Both the position numbers and the translations under genes were made by a program. Source: Phaeosaccion multiseriatum (lineage: Eukaryota > Protista > Ochrophyta, other classes). Taken from it: a DNA stretch of 64,000 nt. Location: assembly GCA_965112735.1 (NCBI GenBank), contig OZ218952.1:3286001-3350000 (forward strand), written 5' to 3'. Positions 54,883-64,000 of this stretch are shown here, piece after piece; the stretch's first letter is position 1; each line of letters starts with the position of its first letter. The notes beneath the pieces were generated by a model that made no database searches, was not told the origin of the DNA, and saw only the letters and a program-made list of their open reading frames with translations.

Positions 54883-57827
54883 ATGACGATGACGAACCGC
54901 CTTTTCGGGACAGTGGCTGCCCTGCTTCTGCTCCCTTCTCTGTACGGTCAAGTTTCCCCAACCGAAAGTGGAGGTAAGTGTCCCTCGGCCCTTGTCGCCC
55001 ACACTGCAAGCTTTAGAAGGGGATTGCTGAGGCGCCTGGACAGGCAGGTAGCCTTTCATTGTTGTGTCCCTGCCTCTGATTTGTGCCCCCTCCTTTGTTT
55101 CGCTCTCCCATGCCGCTCCCGCTTTCTCGTCGTATCCTCGTGCCAGGCTTTGAGGCAGCATGCACAGCCGCAGATGGAACCGTAGCAGCGGACGGACGCA
55201 CCTGCATATGCCGTCCGCCCCGTGCCCAGTACGGTTACGGCGACACGTACGGCTATCCGGCGGACAGCTATGCGGACAAGTACGGCTACACAGACTCTGG
55301 CTATTCGGGCTACGCGGACATTAGCTATTCGGACGGCTACGCGAGCAGTGACTACATGTCTTCCGGTGGCTTCTCCGGTGGCTGCTCGGGCGGCTACTCG
55401 GGCGGCCTTGCGGACAGCTATGACCAAGCGAAGACCATCAAATGTGATGGCGACGCCAACTGTGCGGTGAGTTTGCCAGATGGATGGGCTGTTTGCCCTT
55501 TGCGAGTCTCTGTCCTGCCTTCAGTGACATCAAAACCCGTTGCTCATGCCTCTCTCCTCTGTGGATTTCTTGCTGCGCGCCCCCTTTCCTCGGCCGTGCG
55601 TCGTGACTCGACTAGGGGAAGACCTTTGTGGTAAGCATCTTCTTGAAAGAATAATGAGCTGTGTCATGGTGTGTTGATGCTTGTAGCTATGGTCGCTTTG
55701 TTTGCTTGTGCCTCCTCCATCTTGTTCTCACCCCATGGCCACTCTCTCTCTCTCTCTCGCTTCTGCTGCTGCTGCTGCTGCTGCTCTCTTCAAGAACTGC
55801 AAAGTGGATTGTATCGGCAGCGGCAGGCACGGGTGCCCGGTGAGTTGTTGTGGTAGTGCCAGCCTTGCTCGAGTCGCTGTGGGCCTTCGTCTCCTCATTT
55901 CCCTTTGTGGGCTCTGCCTCCCGCCCTCCCTTCGTTCGTTGCTCACCCCACATCGCAGCTGGCAACCTTCAAGGGCCACTCCAAGGCGACTTGTATCGGG
56001 CTTGCTTCCTGCTTGGTGAGTCTCGCCTGGCGACGACTGGTTATATAATAGCTCTGCCCGCCCCGCCCCATCCTCTTTTGGTGTTGGCATAGCATCCCGT
56101 CTTTCGCCGCCTGGGAGCCTGGGGCCTGTGGCTGGTGGGAAACCCACTTTCATCACGCGTCCCTCCCCTACACATCGCAGGGCGCATCGTTCGAGGACTC
56201 GGTCCATGCCGTCTGCTGGTCTCCACTATCGTGTATCGTACGTATTTATCGGCTTCACGCTGGTTCTTGTTGTGTGTGCTGCACCTTCTCCCACAGCCTG
56301 AAACTCAACTTATCGCCCCCATCCCGCTGTGCTCTCGCCCCTCATCGCAGAAAGCAAGCTTTTCTGACTACTCCTTCGCTGGATGCCGTGCAGGGGGCTC
56401 GTGTTTGGTGAGCCTTACCTTCTGGTGCCATCTGTTCCACCCACGTCGCCAACTCACTGCACCCCCATTGTGCTCTCTTCCCGACCAGGTGGCAACCTTC
56501 GGGGACTCGTCTCGAGCGGAATGCGCAGGACTCGGCTCTTGTGCTGTGAGTGTCCGGTCGGCAGGAAGATGAGATAACCTCCGAGCGACAGAGCTGAGCC
56601 TCAACCCCACCCCCAAACCCTCAACGAACAGTTTGCAGCCACATGCGTGGAGCTGGAAAAGAAGGTATTCCCAAATGAGGACAAGGAATGCAAGGCGGAA
56701 TTGATCTGCGATGGCCCTGCAGCATGCGTGGACGTGAAGCTATTTGGGGAGTCGAAGGCGATTTGTAAGACGAGCGACGTAGCCTGCATTAACGTTGAGG
56801 TTCGTGCGCGAGTAGAGGGGGCCGATAGGGACAAGAACGGTTCCTTCGTGACAGATGACCTGCTGCCACTCCACTCCTCATCTCAGGCCGGGTCCGATGG
56901 ATCCCCGTGCTGTTCAGGGTTCTGCGAGAAGAGCGACATTGACAGTTGCGGTACGTTCAATCTTTGAAGCCCTTTGGCTCACAGAGCCCTCTCACAGCCT
57001 GTGCCTCCCTCACCTCCTTCCTCCGATCCGGCCATACCGCTGTACCATCATACCTCGAGTAGACACCAAGTACTACGACAGAGGGAGCGAAGGATACTAT
57101 GGGAAGAGGGGTAGGTGTCTCTGAGACATGTCCCGCCGACAGACGACGAAGAAGCTCTCCCATCACTTGTGACGCACTTGCTTGTCGGTGGCTACCCTCC
57201 TCCCCTCCACTTGCGATCCCTCCTCCTCAGACTCCGACTCCTATGACTCCGACTCCTATGAAGGGGACAATGGGAATGGAGGTGAAGGTAAGCATTCCCC
57301 TTTCTCTCTCCCTCTCTCTCTCTTCAGTGGCGACCCTGCTCCCTCTCGTCCACTGCCATCCCTCCTGCTCAGCGGAAGCGATACCTCACTCTCTTTCCCT
57401 CACTCCCTTCCGTCCTCCACTCCCCACCAACCACACCATATGCACGCCTTCTGTAGCCCCCAACGTTGTGAGCTCGGACGCGTCGTGCGAGTGCACCATC
57501 CCCCCGGCGTGCGCCCAGCTGGCCTCCATTATTGAAGCCTCCTACCTCACGCTCTCCGGCCAGTGCCTCGAGATATCCGAAGACTGTGCCATCACGGGCT
57601 TCGGCCGCTGTAGCACCACCGCACCAATTGCCACCGAGGAACCCTTCGTACCCGCCCAGGACTCTCCTCTCTGCATCTGTGACGGTTTCGTCGGAGAGGG
57701 CGGTTTCGAAGAGACTTGCTACGTCGATCTCAGCTGTGTGTCGGGCGACCTCGGCTGCAACGCCAGAGGAGTCCTCTCCTGCCGCTACTGCGGATTCGGG
57801 CCGTACTCGGACATCGCCTGCCCTTAG
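54883..57827 (+). CDS. Secreted cysteine-rich repeat protein (13 exons), function unknown
   Basis: Signal peptide MTMTNRLFGTVAALLLLPSLYG. Exons: 54883-54973, 55147-55466, 55616-55630, 55795-55839, 55959-56015, 56181-56237, 56351-56407, 56489-56545, 56632-56799, 56887-56950, 57063-57110, 57231-57287, 57457-57827; all GT-AG and phase-consistent. Contains a Y/G/D/S-rich tract and ends CYVDLSC..GCNARG..CRYCGFGPYSDIACP. Confidence 0.8.
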
Positions 57828-58398
57828 GCAGGCCTTTGTTGCGCCCCCGTGTTTTGGAGCCTTCTCGTCATGGGGAGGGGAAGGGAAGGGAGTTATTGTG
57901 TATCAGATATGAGCTGAGGCTCTTGTGGTGACGGAGACGTGCCCGTCCGTGCTTCTCCTCGAACGGCCTTGTGGAGGGAGGGGACTTACTTTGTATCATA
58001 CTACTGAAGTACAAAAGTATAGCATATTGGGTACTTTGTTGGGTCTTCTCGGGCCGGAGGGGAGAAGCAATGGGGGTGACGAGGTATGTGTGCCCCATGT
58101 TTGGAGCCTTCTCGTCGAAGCGCCTTGGGGGAGTTATGAGTAATAATATCAATTGAAGCAGTAGGTGACCCTGGTGAACCCTTTTTCTTCTGTTTTTCTT
58201 TTTCAAAGTCGTGATGTGCTGAAGTGGAGGGGCTCTCCACTGTGGCAAACGGGGGCATCAAGGGACACCCCAAGCTCGGCGCGGGGAAGAGACATGCGTC
58301 GCAGCACCACCGCCTCTCGGCGATGGCAGTGGATGACGACCCGCCTCGCTCCACGGCCCATACGCTACAGACACTACGGTGTAGTGATGTGTGTCCTC

Positions 58399-58454
<56 letters not shown>

Positions 58455-58858
58455 CCCTCCTTCACCTGGGGGCAGGGGGCAGGGCTGCTCCTCTGCTGCA
58501 GCCGATGCTCTGCCCCTTCGGGCACTTTAGTGCGTACAACAACAATCCTCTCTTATGTGTGCAAGTCCAACTCCCCTGTAGCAGCGCCTTCTTCGATGGA
58601 CGTGGTGTTGAGCTCTCCTCCTGGTGCTGACCCCCTCGGCCTTGTCGAGAAGCTGGCATAGCGCTATAGCTGTAACATTGTTTTTTTTCAATTTTTTTAA
58701 TTTAAAAAAAAAAAAAAAAAAAATTATAAAAATACGTCAAAAGTGTTTGCAATTTCCCCCTGTCCTCTGTCCTATCGCACCCATCCCCCAACGACACTGT
58801 CCGAACTGGGACGGGCGTTCGACACGTGCGTGCGTGCGTGCGTGTGTGTGCGCGTGCC

Positions 58859-59271
58859 TCAGTCCATAAACAAGCCGCTCACGCCGAGCTTGGATGCACT
58901 CTCCAACAGCCGCTGCACAGCGCCCTCATCTCGGCCGAGCATCTGATACATCATAGGACTCACCCCCATCCGCCGCAGCTTCTCGGGAACGCCCATGCCG
59001 GGCAGTGCTCTCCCCACGGTCTCATCGATGACGGCCATGGGCCTGCCCGACCAGAAGCTGACAGTCTCCATCAGGGAAGCCAGGGGGGACGGGTCCGCTC
59101 CAGCAGCAGCAACAGCAGCAGAGACAGATTGGTCCTCGAGGGCAGGGCCGAAAGGAGTCATGGAGACTAGGACCTGCACGAGGGCTCCCAAGGGCGACAG
59201 TTGCCGCAGACTGCCGCTAAAGTTGGGGGGCATGCCCACGTATCGAATACGGTACCCCTTGCTGGGCTTGG

Positions 59272-59302
<31 letters not shown>

Positions 59303-61395
59303 GTCTGACTCTTCTTCCCGCCCTTTCCGAGCCTCATCCAGCCAGCTGGCCATCTGCTCCGTCGACACTCCCGCCGCCACCAACCTCTCCTTCAGCTGCG
59401 TTACTTGAGGGAAGCTCTTGATCTTCCACTGCTCCAAACCTTCGTCGATAAAGACAAGAGACCTGGAAGACACGTCCTCCTTTCCCTTCTTCTTGACGTC
59501 TTTCGCGCTCTGCTTGACAATGTCCGCCCACAGCTGCAGCTCTTCGTCCTGCTCCTGCACCAGCTTGTCGCACGCCGCCACAGCCGTCCAGAGGCCGCCC
59601 AACTCATCCACCAGGCCCAAGCTCTTGGCCTCTGCCCCTGTCCACACCCTCCCCTGGGCGCGCCTATGCATGACATCCACGCTCATGCCTCGACTGAGCG
59701 CTGCCTTTGTGACAAAGTTCTCGTATCCCTGCATTGCCGTCTTGCCCCAAAACGCCTGCTCGTCCGGTGTGAAGCCCCTCTCGGGCGACAGCAGCTCGGC
59801 GTACTTGCCCCTGCTTAGGCGCTGTACCTTGTAGCCCACCCTGTCGAAGAGCTTCTCCAGGTTGAACTTGGCCTGCACGATACCAATGCTGCCCGTGATG
59901 CTCAGCTCCTCCGCCACGATTCGATCGCACCCCATGGCAATGTAGTATCCCCCAGAGGCCGCAACATTGGCAATGGACGCCACCACCGGCTTGCCGCTCT
60001 CGGACAAGGCCTTGGTCACTCGCCACATCAAGTCGGAAGCCACCGCGTCGCCTCCCGGGGAGTTGATTCTCACCACCACCCCGCTGATTGAAGAGTCCCG
60101 CATACACTTCTCTGCTACCTTCTTAAAGTCACTGTACACGAGGTCCCCGCCCCTGCCCTGCGCGCTGTTGATAATGCCTCCCTCCGCCGTTATTACCGCG
60201 ATGCTTCGCCCCCGCCCCTGTGTGCCCAGCACGCCGCGCTTCACGGGCAGTCTACGTAGAGCCCGCAAATACAAGGACAGAGGAATGACGAGCTGCCCCG
60301 GTGTCGCGCTCTTGAGGTAGGTGTCTTTGTAGGCATTGGCCTTCTTCTTGTCGGCCCTCTTGGCCTTTTCGTCCTGCGTCTGGCCGTCACCGCTCGCGTT
60401 CCTCGGGACCGTCTTGATCCCGGCCAGGGCATTGGCGTTGGGCTTGCTCTTGTTCTTCTCCTTCCTCCGCCGCACCTTGTCCGCCATGAGCAGGCTGTAG
60501 AACTGATCCTCGTAGAGCGTGTGGTCCACCAGCCCAAACTCCTTGAGGTTGCTCGTCCTTAAGGGCGTATCCCCGCCGCACAAAAGGGTCTCAATCTCGG
60601 TCATACTCTTCCCAATATCCCGGCCAATCTGCTCCAGCTTGTGTGTGCTGGCACTGTCCAGTAGGGACGTGAGGGTCTCTCGCTGCGCGTTGGACATGCT
60701 GGTGCGGCTGAAACGGTCGCCAAAGCTCTTGTACTCCCCAATGCGCTGCACCTGGGGCTCTATACCCACCTTGTCGAACACCCCCTTGAGAAAGTCCGTC
60801 TCAATGCTGAAACCCAACACGGAGATGTAGCACTCCTCCCCCGTGTACCTCCTCCCCTTGGTGCAGCCCCCCAAGAGGTAGAGTGTGTTGAGCGTAACCG
60901 AAGTCTGCGCATATCCCCAAATCTCCTTGCCAGACTTTGTAAAATAGTCCATGTGTCGGCGAACCTCCTGCAGGGCGGCACCACCGAGGGCCACGTCTCC
61001 TAGACGAAGCACAACACCATCTACTCGGGGGTCGTTCGCTGCTGTTGTCAGCGCCTCCGTCAGGCCCTGTAGGTCCATGCCCGGCGGACCGAACAGGCTT
61101 TTACTCGTCTCCAGAGTGAGGCCCCCAGTGAGGGAGATCTCGATGAAGCGGTTCTTTGGGAGCTTGCCCAGCGGTTTCAATCGAAACGCAAGGTCCTGGC
61201 CCAGCGCTCGAGGAAAACTTGTTTTCGCTGCGAGTACGGGGTGGGGGCCCAGTGGGAGGAAGGAGCGCGGGAGCAGCCACAAAATACCAGCAGCAGCAAC
61301 AGAGCAGAGGGGAGGTGGAATGAGTACAGGGTAAAAGCCGGAGCCTCACAGGCAGAGGAAGACGGGGAGACTTGTAGGTTTAACAGGAAAGAGAA

Positions 61396-61428
<33 letters not shown>

Positions 61429-62031
61429 AGAGTGGGGCAGAACATCGACACAAGAGAGAGGGAGGCGGAAGAGAAGAACTCTCCATGAGGTCGGAAGTTG
61501 TGAGGTTGAAACAAAACAAGGGTGGGGTGAGTGAGGTGCTAGTAAGCAACGCCACGCACATGGTGAGAACTCCGGCATTGGCTGTGTCTCGAGGTAGTTC
61601 CCGTCGAGCACTACCGTTGGTACGTCCAAGCTCTTCCCCGCGCGGTACTCAATGTTCGTGCTGTCTGTGCTCCCATTCGCCTCCTCGGCCGCCTCCTCGG
61701 CCGCCTCCTCGGCCGCCTCCACGCCCCCCTCCACGCCCCCCTCCACGGCCCCCTCCACGGCCTTCTCTACCACTTGCTGCTTCTCTTCTTTCTTGTCGCC
61801 CCAAAACCTGCCCAACGAGAGAGCTCCTCCATTGCGGGAGGTGTGCGAAATATGGTGAAAGTGTGTGCCTCGCCCGCTTCTTCTTGTGTTGCCGCTGGCC
61901 TGCCTGGTCCTCCCCCCTCCTGCCAATCTCACAGCAACAGCACCCCCGGTGGCGGCAGGGTTAAACGAGGACACAAGACACAGCGCTTGGCCAAACGCCA
62001 ACGCCGTGAGCAGAGCAGCAGCAGCCATCAT
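58859..62031 (-). CDS. sppA: Plastid-targeted signal peptide peptidase A (protease IV, S49), 2 exons: 62031-61560 and 61227-58859
   Basis: Presequence MMAAAALLTALAFGQALCLVSS|FNP. Motifs AANDPRVDGVVL, RIGEYKSFGD, VVVRINSPGGDAVASD, KPVVASIANVAASGGYYIA, ITGSIGI, AQGRVWTGAEAKSLGLVDELGGL. Phase-1 intron CCAT|gtgcgt...cgcag|CG. Confidence 0.92.
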
Positions 62032-62176
62032 ATTAATGATATTGGGCCGGCGGGCGGCGTGTGAGTCACAGGGGAGAAAGTCACAGATGACAGATGGCAC
62101 CAGAAGGTTCCTCCCTCCCTTCGTCAATAAAGTTATTCCCTTCCTCACTAGGAGCGGGGTGAGCGAGGGAGGAGGG
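62032..62176. promoter_or_regulatory. Very short putative bidirectional promoter (sppA / LSM10)
   Basis: Divergent ATGs only 145 bp apart. Confidence 0.45.
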
Positions 62177-63059
62177 ATGAAGGATAAGAAGCTACCTCGG
62201 AAGCAGCGAACGCTCGGATTCCTGGTAGAGGTGAGGATTATTTATTCATCGATTATAAATCCCTTCTTCCCCTTCCCTTTCCGCCAAGCTGAGTCTCCTG
62301 TACTCGACTGCCCACAGAGCATGCGCGGCAACGTTATCGTGGTGGAAATGAAGAACGACGTGGAGGTGACGGGCATGCTTGAAGAGGCGAGCCCGGATAT
62401 GAAGTAAGAGGAGAAATTTTTTGTCCCTTCCTCTCCGCCCAACCCTCCTCGCTCCCCCCTATATGTAATCGAAAAGAAGCTACTCTAGCATGGCCACGGC
62501 CCCACCACTTCTCCTCTTGCCTGCCTCCCTCCTCCCTTTCCCCCGCTCCATCTCGTGCTCGTCCCAAACACCAAATATCCAAACTGATTGGGCTATGTGT
62601 CGCCTTGCTCAGTCTGGTCCTGACCAACGCGCGCCAGGTGACGAGTAAGGGTGTGGCGACCAGTCTGGACGTGGCCTTTCTGCAGGGCCACATGGTTAGA
62701 TACGTGCATATCCCCGACCAGATCAACATACGCAAGAACCTCATGACCCACGTAAGTCGTCCCCAAGCAGCAAAGGCAGCCGGGCATACTTAAGTGCGCT
62801 CCACCCCATCGTCTGCGTTGCTTCTCTGTGCCTACCGAGGGTCCAAGCACCGTGTGGTGCCTCTAGTTTCTCCCCTCCCCACGCCTTTTACTTCCCACCA
62901 ACAGTCTCACTCACTCCACGTATTCACTGACATCACTCGTACCACATTCGCAACCCGGGCTTCTGGCCCCATTCTCTCTCCCCGGCATGAATCGATTAGG
63001 TAAACTCTCTGCAACGCGCGATGGACTCCGGCAAGCGCGCCGTGCGCAAGACTCGCTGA
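62177..63059 (+). CDS. LSM10: Sm-fold protein, U7 snRNP Lsm10-like (4 exons: 62177-62230, 62318-62403, 62613-62751, 63000-63059)
   Basis: Spliced product: MKDKKLPRKQRTLGFLVESMRGNVIVVEMKNDVEVTGMLEEASPDMNLVLTNARQVTSKGVATSLDVAFLQGHMVRYVHIPDQINIRKNLMTHVNSLQRAMDSGKRAVRKTR. It has Sm1/Sm2 motifs; RYVHIPD and the N-terminal 'TL..L' match Lsm10 better than SmD1/Lsm2. Confidence 0.72.
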
Positions 63060-64000
63060 GAGGAGGAGCGATAAAGCGGAGGTCCTGAGGGTCTTCTTGT
63101 GTGTTGCTCTCAGTGCTCAAAGGAGGCCTTGATAGCAAGGGTGGTGCCAACAGCAAGCCCAGCAGGAGTAAGTGCCTGCAACGCTCACGGCGCACTGTTG
63201 GCTGTTGGGAGGGGTGATTGTCGAGAAACAGGGCCCAAAGAGGGAAGCAGGGCATTGGAGGGAGCCGCCGAAGAGAGCAACTGCGGCAACTCTACTGAGC
63301 ACCCCAGCATGAGCCCCTACCGCTGGGACTCTCAAGGCGTGGAGGAACAGGAAGAGGGATGTCTCGACATCCCCGTCCTGCGGCTGAGAGAAGGAGAGAG
63401 GCGCGAGGGGAGGAGGGAGGACCGCACGAGATGAGATGGAGAGCTCGCTCTCTGTACCGGAGACAACAGTTCAAAGCTTCCCAGCAGAGCGCGGAGGATG
63501 GGAGCGGCAACCGTTCAAAGATTGGCAGGCTCATGCTTATTGGATCAGGGAGAGGACGCGATGCACACCCGAAGCAGACTACTGCGCTTCGAGGACGAGA
63601 AGGGGAGGAAGAGGGAGAGTGGGAGGAGGATAAAGAAAGAGAAGGGGGAGGGGAGGAGGAGGAGGAGGAGGAGGAGGAGGAGGAGGAGGAGGAGGAGGAC
63701 AATGTGCTGTGGCAGTTGTACGTGTATGACTTCCAACCCCCAGCTGTAAGGCCTCTGTATTTGCGCCCCCCCCCCCCTCCCTCTGGGGAACAAGTGGAGG
63801 TCTCATATTTGCCAGAGGTAGGTGCCCGCGCTAGTCCGCCTGCAGCTCGAGCGAGAGGCTTTCGCCCCATTCGCTGCCAACGTCGGCGCGACATTCAAAG
63901 AAGCGACTCAGGCAATTCGCCATGGTGGTGTGGCCTACGAGGAGCCAGCAGCGTCAGAGCCGCCTCGACAACATGGCGACTCGCCTGACTGTAGCCCCAA

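Noticed and set aside
58676-58732. Poly-T/poly-A island as a retroelement tail or terminator
   Set aside because: No element body or target-site duplication seen; more simply an AT-rich 3' region between convergent genes.
61228-61370. Apparent in-frame TGA upstream of the sppA ORF suggesting readthrough or a pseudogene
   Set aside because: It falls within the intron when the phase-1 acceptor at 61228 is used.
63100-64000. ORFs 63359..63988(+) and 63292..63894(-)
   Set aside because: No recognisable domain, strand ambiguous, driven partly by a (GAG)n run and truncated by the window edge.

Overview
Eukaryotic, GC-rich, microsatellite-laden, intron-rich genomic DNA. It probably comes from an alga with a red secondary plastid (ochrophyte/stramenopile-like), inferred from the signal peptide plus 'VSS|FNP' bipartite presequence on a plastid-type SppA. 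Splice-aware reading by eye gives, left to right: (1) the 3' part of a >2,950-codon single-exon low-complexity ORF; (2) an intronless PPR-SMR gene with 14 tandem 105-bp PPR repeats, 13 near-identical, that vary systematically at the RNA-recognition code positions; (3) a multi-exon RAD54B/Rdh54-like SNF2 ATPase; (4) what appears to be one ~31-kb, ~44-exon, ~6,500-aa minus-strand gene with the order SAM, ARM repeats, IQ, SAM, ankyrin, polycystin(PKD2/TRPP)-type channel, TRP-like helix, ARM; (5) an ankyrin-BTB gene; (6) an orphan duplicated terminal exon followed by an intact secreted Cys-rich repeat protein built from 57-nt microexons; (7) plastid SppA; (8) LSM10. Three gene pairs are head-to-head across 145-330 bp. 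At least three short oligomers are dispersed through exons and introns on both strands and each also forms a local tandem array. The strongest candidates for an undescribed system are the TALE-like PPR-SMR array and the giant polycystin-type channel. All gene models are manual and unverified by transcripts or database searches.
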